Below, one piece after another: positions 1-9,973 of a stretch of 21,602 nucleotides of DNA. The first letter of the stretch is position 1; the number at the start of each line of letters is the position of its first letter. The notes beneath the pieces are model-generated. The model was not told where the DNA came from. It worked only from the letters and a program-made list of their open reading frames with translations, and ran no database searches. This stretch comes from an uncultured delta proteobacterium (GTDB taxonomy: Bacteria; Desulfobacterota; Binatia; UBA9968), in assembly GCA_963840855.1 (NCBI GenBank), contig CAWJBB010000038.1, positions 1 through 21,602 on the forward strand, in the 5' to 3' direction. The position numbers were made by a program, and so were the translations under genes.

Positions 1-179
1 AGGCGCGGTAAGGCTTATTCACGAAACAGGGCAATCTCTCGGTACCGAATCGTCCAACCTATGTCAAGAAGAATTAGCCGGCCAAGGGCCGTCAACCGGG
101 CGTAGTCGTTTGGATTTAAGGGGCGGATATGTTAACTATTGACGGAATTAACGCCTGCGTCCTTCGGAGAGAGACTCCT

Positions 180-1298
180 ATGCTGGGGCAAATCATCGCC
201 AAAAGCCTTTTCTTCTCGCTCATCGTCGTAGTCGTTTTGCCGGCAACCTCGGTGGCCCGCGTTGTCGACCAGTTGATTGTGGTTATCGACGACGAGCCCT
301 ACACGCTGCGCAATGTCGAACAATTCGCCAAAAGCAAACTAAAAGTAGAATTTCCGACGGGAGATCTCAACCGTATCAATGAAAGCGACGGCGATGTGCT
401 GGAGCAGTTCATCACCGAGAAGCTTCTGGATGCCGAGATTCGGGGAGCGGGTATAACGGTCACCAACGAGGATGTCGAGCAGTATATAGAAGAGGTCAAA
501 AAGAACAACCGGTTATCGGATAGCGATTTCAAATCGGCGTTGGCCCGCGAGGGAATGACTCTCGATGGCTACAAGGAATCGGTCAAAAGTGAGCTAGGGA
601 AAAACGAGCTGGTGCGGCGCCAGGTGAGAAGCAGGGTCAGCGTCACCGATGCGGACGTGGAGCGGTATTACCAGCTCAACGCCAAGAATTACCGCACCGG
701 GGACCGGGCTCGAATTCGGCATATTCTTTTTTCGTTGTCGTTACAAGCCTCGCCGGAAGTGGCCCAATCGACACTTGCGAAGGCGAAGGAAATTTACGAC
801 CGCATCGAAGCCGGAGAGGACTTCGCCACACTGGCGCGGGAGTTTTCCGAAGGCGCCGGCCGTGGCGACGGCGGGGAGATCGGCTGGGTGAACCGCGGCA
901 CGTTGATCGCTGGCCTTGACGAAGCCGCCTTCGACAAGCTCGCTGTAGGGCAGGTCAGCGAGCCATTTCGCACCGCCATGGGATATCACATTGTAAAGTT
1001 GGAGGCGCGGTCGGGAGGCGCGGCCCAGTCGCTGGCGTCGGTGGCGCCGAAGATCAAAGCGGATCTCTCTGCGAAAGCGCTGGAGGAGCGCTATCTGAAA
1101 TGGCTTAAAACCGATCTGCGCAGGAAGCATCGCGTCGATATCAAACTCGCCGGCGTCGTCTTCAGGCCCGAGGAATCTAAGGAAGGTACGATGGATTCGC
1201 TAATCGCCAGATCGTCGCGTACCAACCGGCGGGAGCGGACGTTCTTGAGTTATTTAAACCCCTTATCCTACGTCTACCAAGGAGACGCCGCTCGATGA
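180..1298 (+). CDS. surA: SurA-family periplasmic chaperone / parvulin-type peptidyl-prolyl isomerase (C-terminus probably frameshifted)
   Basis: ATG at 180 follows a GGAGA SD-like stretch. Hydrophobic signal peptide, SurA N-domain (VVDQLIVVIDDEPYT), parvulin motifs RARIRHILF, GEDFATLAREFSE, GGEIGW, VSEPFRTAMGYHIVKL. Adjacent to pdxA as in the known surA-pdxA arrangement. The ORF track starts at 129. Confidence 0.88.
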   Translation: MLGQIIAKSLFFSLIVVVVLPATSVARVVDQLIVVIDDEPYTLRNVEQFAKSKLKVEFPTGDLNRINESDGDVLEQFITEKLLDAEIRGAGITVTNEDVEQYIEEVKKNNRLSDSDFKSALAREGMTLDGYKESVKSELGKNELVRRQVRSRVSVTDADVERYYQLNAKNYRTGDRARIRHILFSLSLQASPEVAQSTLAKAKEIYDRIEAGEDFATLAREFSEGAGRGDGGEIGWVNRGTLIAGLDEAAFDKLAVGQVSEPFRTAMGYHIVKLEARSGGAAQSLASVAPKIKADLSAKALEERYLKWLKTDLRRKHRVDIKLAGVVFRPEESKEGTMDSLIARSSRTNRRERTFLSYLNPLSYVYQGDAAR

Positions 1299-1515
1299 AC
1301 TCGATCCTAAAGGCGCGTTGGCTGACAAAAATATCGTCAGCGTTTTCGGCGTGCCGCTCTTTACCACCGAGCGCGTTGATGATGTCCCGGATGTCCTCGC
1401 TCCAGCGGCGGAAAAATCCAGATCCGGAGCGTCCGGCTCAGATTCAAACAAGTCGGGCGGCTTTTTCTCTTCAATTGTCGATACGCTAAATCCTTTCTCA
1501 AGCAAAAAACCCTGA
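1276..1515 (+). other. Probable out-of-frame C-terminal continuation of surA
   Basis: The +1 frame is open from after TAA 1255-1257 to TGA 1513-1515 and reads TKETPLDELDPKGALADKNIVSVFGVPLFTTERVDDVPDVL...LNPFSSKKP. It joins surA if one base near 1275 is removed. Confidence 0.6.
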
Positions 1516-1588
1516 TTCCCTTGCTTTACTATTTTACGGAAGGGGATGCGAAAACCAGTGAGCGTCCGGCGCTCGCCGGGAGATACCG

Positions 1589-2623
1589 TTGCGTAAACCT
1601 ATCGTGGCCGTGACGATGGGCGATCCCGCGGGGATCGGGCCCGAGGTCGTTCTCAAAGCGCTGGCCGACCCGGCGATCAATAGAAACTGCCGCCCGCTGA
1701 TCTTGGGTGATTGGGAAGTGTTCGAGCGCACGCGCCGGCGCGGCAAGAATTATCCCAAACTCATTCGTTGGCGCCAGGGAGAGCCGCTGTTGCCGAGGCT
1801 CAACGGCGAAGCCGGTTTCGTGGTTTGCCCGCTGTCCTCTCTGAAGGCAGCGGAGTCGCGTCCCGGAACGCCGTCCAGGGCGGGCGGACACGCGGCCTTT
1901 CGCTATATCAGCGTTGCGGCGAAATTGGCATTGACGGGGCTCGCTGACGCGATCGCGACAGCGCCGATCAGCAAGAGTGTTCTCATCGACGCGGGCTATA
2001 ATTACCCCGGCCATACCGAATTGCTCGCCGAGCTCAGCCGCACGCGCGAGTGCCGCATGATGCTGGTGGGCCGGAAACTACGCGTCGTGCCAGTGACCGG
2101 CCATGTATCTTTCAGCAAAGTTCCCCACGCCCTCAGCATCGAAAATATTCAGACCACCATCGAGCTGGTCCACCGAAGTCTCAGGGAGTTATTTGGCATT
2201 GGGCGCCCGCGCATCGCGGTGGCGGCCTTGAATCCGCATGGCGGCGAAGACGGAATATTCGGCGACGAAGAAATCAAGATTATCCGTCCAGCGGTCAGAG
2301 CAGCGGCCATGAAAGGCATCGCAGTCGGCGGCCCGTTTCCGGCGGACAGCCTGTTTCATCACGCCGCCCAGGGGGATTATGACGCCGTGGTCTGCATGTA
2401 TCACGACCAAGGGTTGATCCCGATGAAGCTGCATCATTTCTTCGGTGGTGTGGCGCTGACACTGGGACCGCCGTTTGTCCGTACCTCCGTGGATCACGGC
2501 ACGGCCTACGATATCGCCGGCGAAGCGAAGGCGGATGCGTCGAGCATGAAAGAGGCAATCTTATTGGCGGCGCGGTTGGCGCGCGTAAATAAGCAGCTGG
2601 GGAGAAAGGTGCAGCAGGATTGA
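1589..2623 (+). CDS. pdxA: 4-hydroxythreonine-4-phosphate dehydrogenase
   Basis: Motifs TMGDPAGIGPEV, TAPISK, YPGHTELLA, LNPHGGE, GPFPADSLF, MYHDQGLIP, RTSVDHGTAYDIAG. TTG start with GGGAG SD at 1578-1582. Confidence 0.95.
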   Translation: MRKPIVAVTMGDPAGIGPEVVLKALADPAINRNCRPLILGDWEVFERTRRRGKNYPKLIRWRQGEPLLPRLNGEAGFVVCPLSSLKAAESRPGTPSRAGGHAAFRYISVAAKLALTGLADAIATAPISKSVLIDAGYNYPGHTELLAELSRTRECRMMLVGRKLRVVPVTGHVSFSKVPHALSIENIQTTIELVHRSLRELFGIGRPRIAVAALNPHGGEDGIFGDEEIKIIRPAVRAAAMKGIAVGGPFPADSLFHHAAQGDYDAVVCMYHDQGLIPMKLHHFFGGVALTLGPPFVRTSVDHGTAYDIAGEAKADASSMKEAILLAARLARVNKQLGRKVQQD

Positions 2624-3975
2624 ATCCGGCGATTTTTCGTGAATACGACATACGGGGTTTAGCGGAAAAGGATTTTGACAAGGAATTCGCGCTGCTGCTC
2701 GGCAAGGTCCACGGCACAGCCATAGCTGAAAAAGGCGGTAGGCGAGTTACCGTCGGCCGCGATTGCCGGGCGACGTCGGATGGTTACGCCGAGGCGGTGA
2801 TCGCGGGCCTCATGGCCGCCGGTCTGCATGTTTACGACATCGGTGTTTGTCCGACGCCACTGCTTTATTTTTCGTTGTTTCATCTCGACGCCGACGGCGG
2901 AATTGAAATCACCGCGAGCCATAATCCGTCCGAATACAATGGGTTCAAAATTTGCCTGGGCAAAGACACGCTCTACGGGGCGCAGATTGAGGACATTCGC
3001 GCCAAAATGGATCTTGGCCAGTTCCGCGAAACTGGCGGTGGCGCGCTTGAGCGCTACGATATCGTTCCGCCTTACCATAAACATCTCTTATCTGACGTGC
3101 CGCAACTCAAGCGGCCTCTCAAAGTCGTCGTCGATGCCGGCAGCGGCGTGGGCGGGCCGGTGGCGCCGCCGCTGTTTCGCCAACTTGGCTGTGTGGTCTG
3201 GGAAATCGCCTGCACGCCCGATGGCCGATTCCCAGTGCACCATCCGGATCCTACGGTGGCGGAAAACTTGGAGATGTTGATTGAGAAAGTCCGGGAAGAA
3301 CAGGCCGACGTCGGTATCGCCTATGACGGCGACGCCGACCGCATCGGCGCCGTGGATGAAAAGGGCAATATTCTCTGGGGCGATGAGTTGCTGGTGTTGT
3401 TCGCGCGTGACGTGCTGCGGCGCCATCCCAAAGCCGTCGTAGTCGCGGACGTTAAATGCTCGCAGCGGCTTTACGATGACATCGCCAAGCATAACGGTAC
3501 GCCGATCATGTGGAAGGCGGGCCACTCGCTGATCAAGGCGAAGATGAAGGAGACCCAGGCGCTCCTGGCCGGCGAGATGAGCGGCCACATGTTTTTTAAG
3601 GAGCGGTATTTCGGTTATGACGACGCGATCTACGCATCGCTTAGGCTCCTGGAAATTCTCGCGCACTCAGACCGGCCGCTGTCGACCTTGCTTGATGATC
3701 TGCCCAAATGCGTTTCGACGCCGGAGCTGCGCATCGACTGTCCCGATGATATAAAGTTCACTCTCGCCCAGAAAGCGACGGAATATTTCCGCCAGCACTA
3801 CGACGTCGTCGACGTGGACGGCGTACGGGTGAAATTTGCCGAGGGCTGGGGACTGATTCGCGCGTCGAATACGGAGCCGGCGCTGGTTTTGCGCTTCGAG
3901 GCCTCCTCGAAGGGAAAACTCAATGAGTACAGGGCCATCGTCGAAAACAAACTCAAGGAACTCGTAAACTCATAG
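2620..3975 (+). CDS. Phosphomannomutase/phosphoglucomutase (AlgC-like alpha-D-phosphohexomutase)
   Basis: IFREYDIRG N-terminus, phosphoserine loop ITASHNP, metal loop DGDADR, sugar-binding GEMSGH, C-terminal IRASNTEP. TTG start overlaps the pdxA stop (TTGA). Confidence 0.95.
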   Translation: MNPAIFREYDIRGLAEKDFDKEFALLLGKVHGTAIAEKGGRRVTVGRDCRATSDGYAEAVIAGLMAAGLHVYDIGVCPTPLLYFSLFHLDADGGIEITASHNPSEYNGFKICLGKDTLYGAQIEDIRAKMDLGQFRETGGGALERYDIVPPYHKHLLSDVPQLKRPLKVVVDAGSGVGGPVAPPLFRQLGCVVWEIACTPDGRFPVHHPDPTVAENLEMLIEKVREEQADVGIAYDGDADRIGAVDEKGNILWGDELLVLFARDVLRRHPKAVVVADVKCSQRLYDDIAKHNGTPIMWKAGHSLIKAKMKETQALLAGEMSGHMFFKERYFGYDDAIYASLRLLEILAHSDRPLSTLLDDLPKCVSTPELRIDCPDDIKFTLAQKATEYFRQHYDVVDVDGVRVKFAEGWGLIRASNTEPALVLRFEASSKGKLNEYRAIVENKLKELVNS

Positions 3976-3983
3976 GACTTCGC

Positions 3984-6512
3984 ATGGCGCGCAGCATCGT
4001 CGTTAGCGGGGCGCGCGTTCACAATCTTAAAAACATTGCCCTGGAAATTCCCCGTGACAAGCTGGTGGTCATCACCGGCGTTTCCGGGTCGGGCAAATCT
4101 TCTCTAGCGTTCGACACTCTCTACGCCGAAGGGCAACGGCGTTACCTCGAATCCCTCACCACCGACGCGCGCCAGTTCCTGCGCCAGATTGAAAAGCCGG
4201 ATGTGGACGCCATCGACGGCCTCTCTCCGGCCATTGCGATTGGGCAGTCCGGCGCTTTCTATACGGCGCGGTCCACCGTCGGCACCGTTACCGAAATCTA
4301 TGACTATCTCCGGCTCTTGTTCGCCCGCATCGGCCAGCCGAGCTGCCCGCAGTGTGGCGCCGGGATCGCCGCGTATACCATCGATCAAATCGCCGACCTC
4401 GTGGCCGCGCTGCCGGAGCAAACCCGGCTGCTCGTGCTCGCGCCCATCGCGGCGGCGAGTGAAGAGGAGCGGCGCCAGCGCCTGGCTGAGTTGGCGCGTG
4501 ATGGGTTCGCGAGGATCAAGATCGGCGCAGAGTTGCTTCAACTTTCCGACGAGAGCGCTTTGGCTGCCCGCCCATTGGAGCCCGTCGATCTCGTGGTGGA
4601 TCGGCTCGCATTGCGTGATGGGGTCGAGAAGCGGCTTTGGGACTCTCTGGAAACGGCGGCGCGTTACGGCGGTCAGGTCGTCAAAATCGAAGCCCAATTA
4701 GCCCAAACGTTAACCGACGCGCCGCGGGAAATGCTTTTCAATCTGAAGCTCGCCTGCCTGCGCTGCGGCGCGACGCTGCCGGAGATCACTCCGGCACTTT
4801 TTTCCTTTAACAGCCCCCAGGGTGCCTGCCCGGCTTGTGGGGGTACGGGCGTTGCCCCGCAGCAAAATAACGGGGGTGATGGCGCAGGCACAGCCAAGCC
4901 ATGCGAGTCGTGCGCGGGCACCCGGCTTAAGAAGGAAAGCCTCGCGGTCCAGCTCGGCAAGCGCAACATTTCTCAGGTGGCGGGGATGTCCGCGCGCGCG
5001 GCGCTGGAGTTTTTCCGAACCCTCGAGCTCGGAGCGAGAGAAAGTGTCATTGGACGAAAAGTCCTGGGCGAAATTTTAAGCCGGCTTGGATTCCTCAATC
5101 AGGTCGGTCTCGACTACTTGAGTCTCGATCGCCCGTCGCTCACGCTGTCCGGTGGCGAAGCGCAAAGAGTCCGGTTGGCGGCGCAGATCGGCGCAAAACT
5201 TGCCGGCGTGCTTTTTATTTTAGACGAGCCCAGTTTAGGTCTCCACCCCAGGGACAATGCGCAACTGTTGGCGCTGCTCAAGCAACTGCGCGATGCCGGC
5301 AACTCGGTGATCGTCGTGGAACATGAGCGGGAAACGATTCTCGCGGCGGATCATGTGATCGACATGGGGCCGGGCGCGGGCGTGCACGGCGGCATGGTGG
5401 TGGCGCAAGGCACGCCGGCAGAGCTGCTGCGGGATGAAGGCAGCCTGACCGGGCGCTATCTATCAGGCGCTATGGCGATTACCGCTCCCGGGCCGCGGCG
5501 CCGCGGCACCGGAAGTTTTCTCGTGATCAAAGGCGCGCGGGAACATAATCTTAAGAACATCACGGTTGAAATTCCCGTCGGCGCGATGACCTGTGTGACC
5601 GGCGTTTCCGGCTCGGGCAAGAGCAGCCTGATCATCGATATTCTCTACAACAGCGCGGCGCGGCGCTTTTACGGCGCCCAGGTGAAGGCCGGCGCTTGCG
5701 ACGACATCACGGGCTGGGAGCATTTCGACCGGGTGATCGGCATCGACCAAACGCCCATCGGGCGCACGCCGCGTTCCAACCCCGCCACTTATACCGGGAT
5801 ATTCGATCATTTGCGCGGCCTCTTCGCTCAACTACCGGAAGCGCGCCTGCGTGGTTACAAAGCGCAGCGGTTTTCATTTAACGCCAAAGGCGGCCGCTGC
5901 GAAGCTTGCGCGGGCGATGGTGTCATCAGAGTCGATATGTATTTTTTGCCGGAAGTGTCGGTGACCTGCGATGTTTGCAAAGGCAAACGCTACAATCGCG
6001 AGACCCTCAACGTGAAGTACAAAGGATTGAGTATTGCCGATGCCTTGAATTTGACGGTCAACCAGGCGGCCGAGCTGTTTAGCGCTATTCCAGGAATCTT
6101 CGACCGCCTGCGCCTGCTCAGAGAAGTCGGCCTCGGTTACTTAACGCTGGGTCAGCCGGCGACGGCACTCTCCGGCGGTGAGGCGCAGCGGGTCAAACTG
6201 GCGCGCGAACTGGCGCGCCGTTCAACGGGCCGCTCACTCTATGTCCTCGACGAGCCCACCAGCGGTCTACATTTCGACGACGTCAAAAGACTACTTGAAG
6301 TGCTGCACCGCTTGACCGATGAAGGCAACACGATGGTCATCGTTGAGCATGACCTTGACGTGATCAGAATCGCTGATTACGTCATCGATCTGGGTCCCGA
6401 GGGCGGAGAGAAGGGCGGGTATGTGGTAGCCCAGGGGTTTCCCGAGCAGATCATCCAAACTCCGGGTTCGTTTACCGGCGAATATTTGAAACAAGCCATA
6501 GAGCGATCTTAG
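3984..6512 (+). CDS. uvrA: Excinuclease ABC subunit A, short 842-aa variant
   Basis: GARVHNLKN and GAREHNLKN, two Walker [10 protein letters not shown], two LSGGEAQR signatures, LDEPS/LDEPT Walker B, Zn-binding CxxC pairs, [15 protein letters not shown]. Confidence 0.95.
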   Translation: MARSIVVSGARVHNLKNIALEIPRDKLVVITGVSGSGKSSLAFDTLYAEGQRRYLESLTTDARQFLRQIEKPDVDAIDGLSPAIAIGQSGAFYTARSTVGTVTEIYDYLRLLFARIGQPSCPQCGAGIAAYTIDQIADLVAALPEQTRLLVLAPIAAASEEERRQRLAELARDGFARIKIGAELLQLSDESALAARPLEPVDLVVDRLALRDGVEKRLWDSLETAARYGGQVVKIEAQLAQTLTDAPREMLFNLKLACLRCGATLPEITPALFSFNSPQGACPACGGTGVAPQQNNGGDGAGTAKPCESCAGTRLKKESLAVQLGKRNISQVAGMSARAALEFFRTLELGARESVIGRKVLGEILSRLGFLNQVGLDYLSLDRPSLTLSGGEAQRVRLAAQIGAKLAGVLFILDEPSLGLHPRDNAQLLALLKQLRDAGNSVIVVEHERETILAADHVIDMGPGAGVHGGMVVAQGTPAELLRDEGSLTGRYLSGAMAITAPGPRRRGTGSFLVIKGAREHNLKNITVEIPVGAMTCVTGVSGSGKSSLIIDILYNSAARRFYGAQVKAGACDDITGWEHFDRVIGIDQTPIGRTPRSNPATYTGIFDHLRGLFAQLPEARLRGYKAQRFSFNAKGGRCEACAGDGVIRVDMYFLPEVSVTCDVCKGKRYNRETLNVKYKGLSIADALNLTVNQAAELFSAIPGIFDRLRLLREVGLGYLTLGQPATALSGGEAQRVKLARELARRSTGRSLYVLDEPTSGLHFDDVKRLLEVLHRLTDEGNTMVIVEHDLDVIRIADYVIDLGPEGGEKGGYVVAQGFPEQIIQTPGSFTGEYLKQAIERS

Positions 6513-6586
6513 GAGGGTGGCCGTTGCGCTCATTAAAATCATAATTTGTTTCAGAATTTCAATCGGTTATGAATACTCGGCGGCTG

Positions 6587-6615
6587 TTGACTCGCTCTCT
6601 GCGGTTGGTTAAAGT
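6587..6615 (+). promoter_or_regulatory. sigma70-type promoter of the iscS operon
   Basis: TTGACT (6587-6592), 17-bp spacer, TAAAGT (6610-6615), within an AT-rich intergenic region. Confidence 0.7.
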
Positions 6616-6616
6616 T

Positions 6617-6641
6617 ATATCAGACTAAATTAGTCGGACAT
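6617..6641. promoter_or_regulatory. IscR type-1-like (Rrf2 family) operator
   Basis: ATATCAGACTAAATTAGTCGGACAT with palindromic core GACT-AAATT-AGTC (6623-6635), matching the IscR type-1 core GACTRwwwYAGTC. It lies immediately downstream of the -10 box and upstream of iscS. Confidence 0.75.
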
Positions 6642-6681
6642 TTAACTTGGCTACGATTACAGCACGATAAATTGCATATTT

Positions 6682-7920
6682 ATGGCGGTCAAAACTCCAA
6701 TTTACATGGATAATCACGCCACCACGGCGGTGGACCCTAGGGTACTGGACGCCATGCTGCCCTATTTCACGGAGAAGTTCGGCAACGCCGCGAGCCGAAG
6801 TCATCCATTCGGCTGGGAGAGCGAAGCCGCTGTGGATACGGCGCGGGAACAAGTCGCAAAGCTGATTCATGCCAGCTCGCCTCGCGAGATCGTTTTCACG
6901 AGCGGCGCCACCGAGTCGGATAATCTTGCCGTCAAAGGGGTAGCGGACGCGTACAAAGACAAAGGCAATCACATCATCACCTGCGTGACCGAGCATAAGG
7001 CGGTGCTGGACAGTTGCAAAGCGCTTGAGAAACACGGCTACCAGGTAACCTATTTGCCGGTGGACGGCGACGGTTTGATCGACCTCAGGCAACTGCGCGA
7101 AGCGATCACGGCCAGGACGATCCTGATTTCGCTCATGGCCGCCAACAATGAGATCGGCACCATCGAGCCGGTGCAAGAAATCGGTCGCATCGCCAAGGAG
7201 AAGGGTGTGCTGTTTCACAGCGACGCGACGCAGGCCGTGGGCAAGATACCGGTCCACGTCGAGGATATGGGGATCGATTTGCTGTCGCTTACGGCGCACA
7301 AAATGTACGGGCCCAAGGGCGCCGGCGCGCTCTATGTGCGCGCGAGCCATCCGCGCGTGAAGCTGACCCCGATCATCGACGGCGGCGGCCATGAGCGGGG
7401 CATGAGATCGGGAACGCTCAACGTTGCGGGTATCGTCGGCTTGGGCGCGGCATGCGCCATCGCGCAGAAGGAGATGGCCGCGGAGTCCGAGCGGCTTATC
7501 GCTTTGCGCGAGCGGCTCAAGAACGGCATTCTCGGCGAGCTCGACGAGGTGAGTATTAATGGTCACCCGGCACAGCGGCTGCCAGGCAATATGAACATGA
7601 GCTTTGCTTTTGTCGAGGGCGAGTCGCTCTTGATGGCGCTCAAGGAGATCGCAGTTTCCACCGGCTCGGCCTGCACATCCGCGAGCTTGGAGCCGTCCTA
7701 CGTGCTGCGCGCCATAGGCGTCCCGGATGAATTGGCCCACACCTCCATCCGATTCGGCTTGGGCCGTTTCAACACCGCGGAAGAAGTCGACTTTACGATC
7801 GGGCGCGTGGCGGAGGAAGTCAAGCGGCTGCGCGAGATATCGCCGCTTTACAAGGCGCGTAAGGCCAGGGCACAGCGGCGGTCGCAGGCGAACGGAAAAG
7901 CCCGGGAAGAAGCGTTGTAA
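6682..7920 (+). CDS. iscS: Cysteine desulfurase, IscS type
   Basis: [31 protein letters not shown]-lysine [10 protein letters not shown], catalytic loop [18 protein letters not shown]-terminal SPLY. Confidence 0.95.
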   Translation: MAVKTPIYMDNHATTAVDPRVLDAMLPYFTEKFGNAASRSHPFGWESEAAVDTAREQVAKLIHASSPREIVFTSGATESDNLAVKGVADAYKDKGNHIITCVTEHKAVLDSCKALEKHGYQVTYLPVDGDGLIDLRQLREAITARTILISLMAANNEIGTIEPVQEIGRIAKEKGVLFHSDATQAVGKIPVHVEDMGIDLLSLTAHKMYGPKGAGALYVRASHPRVKLTPIIDGGGHERGMRSGTLNVAGIVGLGAACAIAQKEMAAESERLIALRERLKNGILGELDEVSINGHPAQRLPGNMNMSFAFVEGESLLMALKEIAVSTGSACTSASLEPSYVLRAIGVPDELAHTSIRFGLGRFNTAEEVDFTIGRVAEEVKRLREISPLYKARKARAQRRSQANGKAREEAL

Positions 7921-7948
7921 TTTTTTTCTCAGGCGGGAGAGGTAACTT

Positions 7949-8278
7949 ATGGCAATGGGAGTGACAGTGACGGAACGCGCGGCGGCGCGCATCAAGGAAC
8001 TGATTGCCGCGGAAAACCGTGATGGGCAGGGTTTGCGAGTGAAAGTCGTCGGCGGCGGTTGCTCCGGCTTGCAATATAAGGTCGATTTCGATCAGCCGAA
8101 AGGCACCGATAAGATTTTCGAGAAGGACGGAGCAAGAGTTTTCGTCGACATGAAGAGTCTGCTTTATTTGGGCGGCACCGAGCTTGATTACAAGGACGAG
8201 CTGATGCAGTCGGGATTCGTGTTTCAAAATCCCAACGTCAAAAAGTCCTGCGGCTGCGGCGCATCGTTCACGGTGTGA
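7949..8278 (+). CDS. iscA: A-type Fe-S carrier (IscA/ErpA/HesB family)
   Basis: GGGCSGLQY and NPNVKKSCGCGASF motifs; GAGG SD. Confidence 0.93.
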   Translation: MAMGVTVTERAAARIKELIAAENRDGQGLRVKVVGGGCSGLQYKVDFDQPKGTDKIFEKDGARVFVDMKSLLYLGGTELDYKDELMQSGFVFQNPNVKKSCGCGASFTV

Positions 8279-8289
8279 GACTGAGATGA

Positions 8290-8380
8290 GTTCAAGGTTC
8301 AATGTTCAAAGTTCAAGGTTGGGACGGAGGACGTCGAACGTTGAACAGGCGAAGTGTGCCTTGAACCTTGAACTTTGAAC
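8290..8380. repeat. Inverted heptamer-repeat (GTTCAAN / NTTGAAC) hairpin element, copy 1
   Basis: GTTCAAG-GTTCAAT-GTTCAAA-GTTCAAG (8290-8317), followed by the complementary units GTCGAAC-GTTGAAC (8333-8346) and CTTGAAC-CTTGAAC-TTTGAAC (8360-8380). Confidence 0.85.
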
Positions 8381-8454
8381 CGAAATGTTTGATGGGGCGG
8401 TTACGTTCGGCGCAACGTTTTTCCGCGAATGGTCCCAAAGTGGAGACTTAAAAG

Positions 8455-9915
8455 ATGGCACGAGTTGAAAATAGCGTGGAAGATCTGACCCAGCGTGAAT
8501 ACAAGTACGGTTTCGTTACCGATATCGAGACCGATACCGTTCCGCCGGGACTGAACGAGGACATAGTCCGGCTCATTTCGGCAAAGAAAAACGAGCCGGA
8601 GTTCATGCTCGAATGGCGGCTCAAGGCCTATCGCCACTGGGCCAAGCTGGAAAAGTCCCAGGCCGAACCGAAGTGGGCCAATATCCATTATCCGCCCATC
8701 GACTATCAGGCGAGCAGTTACTATTCGGCGCCGAAAAGTAAAGCGGACGGGCCCAAGAGTCTGGAAGAAGTCGACCCGGAATTGCTCAAGACCTACGCGA
8801 AGCTCGGTATTCCTCTGCTCGAGCAGGAACGGCTCGCAGGCGTCGCTGTCGACGCGGTGTTCGACAGCGTTTCGGTGGCGACGACGTTCAAGGTAAAACT
8901 GGCCGAGTTGGGCGTGATCTTCGGTTCATTTTCCGAAGCGGTCAAGGAGCATCCTGAACTGGTGCAAAAATATCTCGGTTCCGTGGTGCCGTATACGGAC
9001 AACTTTTTTGCCTCGCTGAACTCCGCCGTGTTTAGCGACGGCTCGTTTTGCTACATCCCCAAGGGCGTACGCTGCCCGATGGAACTATCGACCTATTTTC
9101 GCATCAACGCCGCCGAGACCGGCCAGTTCGAGCGCACGCTCATCATCGCCGACGAAGGCAGCTACGTAAGCTATCTCGAGGGCTGCACCGCGCCGATGCG
9201 TGACAAAAACCAACTGCACGCCGCCGTGGTGGAGCTCATCGCCCACGATGACGCGCAGATCAAGTATTCTACCGTGCAGAACTGGTATCCAGGCGACGCT
9301 GAGGGGCGGGGCGGGATCTATAACTTCGTCACCAAGCGCGGCAAATGTGCCGGCAAACGCTCGAAGATTTCGTGGACCCAGGTGGAAACCGGCTCGGCCA
9401 TCACCTGGAAGTATCCGAGCTGCATCTTGCAGGGCGACGATACCGTCGGCGAATTCTACTCGGTGGCGCTGACCAACAATTACCAGCAGGCGGACACCGG
9501 CACCAAGATGATTCATATGGGCAAGAACAGCCGCAGCACGATCATCTCCAAGGGTATTTCCGCCGGCCACGGGCAAAATACTTACCGCGGCCTGGTGAAA
9601 ATCATGAAGGGCGCCGACGGCGCGCGCAACTATTCGCAGTGCGACTCTTTGCTCATGGGCGACAAGTGCGGCGCGCACACATTTCCGTATCTGGAAGTTC
9701 TAAACAGCACCGCCCAGGTGGAACATGAGGCGTCGACGTCGAAGATCGGGGAGGACCAGCTCTTTTATTGCCGCCAACGCGGTCTTTCCACGGAGGACGC
9801 GGTAAATATGATCGTCAACGGCTTCTGCAAACAGGTTTTCAAGGAGCTGCCGATGGAGTTCGCCGTGGAGGCGCAAAAACTTCTCAGCGTCAGTCTCGAG
9901 GGGAGCGTCGGATAA
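8455..9915 (+). CDS. sufB: Fe-S cluster assembly scaffold SufB
   Basis: [95 protein letters not shown] end; GGAG SD. Confidence 0.97.
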   Translation: MARVENSVEDLTQREYKYGFVTDIETDTVPPGLNEDIVRLISAKKNEPEFMLEWRLKAYRHWAKLEKSQAEPKWANIHYPPIDYQASSYYSAPKSKADGPKSLEEVDPELLKTYAKLGIPLLEQERLAGVAVDAVFDSVSVATTFKVKLAELGVIFGSFSEAVKEHPELVQKYLGSVVPYTDNFFASLNSAVFSDGSFCYIPKGVRCPMELSTYFRINAAETGQFERTLIIADEGSYVSYLEGCTAPMRDKNQLHAAVVELIAHDDAQIKYSTVQNWYPGDAEGRGGIYNFVTKRGKCAGKRSKISWTQVETGSAITWKYPSCILQGDDTVGEFYSVALTNNYQQADTGTKMIHMGKNSRSTIISKGISAGHGQNTYRGLVKIMKGADGARNYSQCDSLLMGDKCGAHTFPYLEVLNSTAQVEHEASTSKIGEDQLFYCRQRGLSTEDAVNMIVNGFCKQVFKELPMEFAVEAQKLLSVSLEGSVG

Positions 9916-9973
9916 TCAACAGCGGTCAACTTGCGCAGTGGGGCGATGATCGTTGCAGCGAAAGAGTTCGATA

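Noticed and set aside
1-179. Possible gene end, gene start or promoter at the left edge (TGTCAA at 62-67, TTGACG at 139-144)
   Set aside because: No convincing -10 partner or identifiable reading frame; context is insufficient.
1253-1259. In-frame slippery heptamer T_TTA_AAC near the surA break, suggesting a programmed -1 frameshift
   Set aside because: A -1 shift enters the 1295-1489 frame, which does not look protein-like. The plausible continuation is in the +1 frame.
6625-7995. 456-aa ORF antisense to iscS
   Set aside because: Shadow ORF typical of GC-rich coding DNA; Arg-rich, no motifs, and it fully overlaps a clear gene.
8290-8380. Possible CRISPR array
   Set aside because: The units are 7 bp, tandem and inverted, with no unique spacers and no cas genes.
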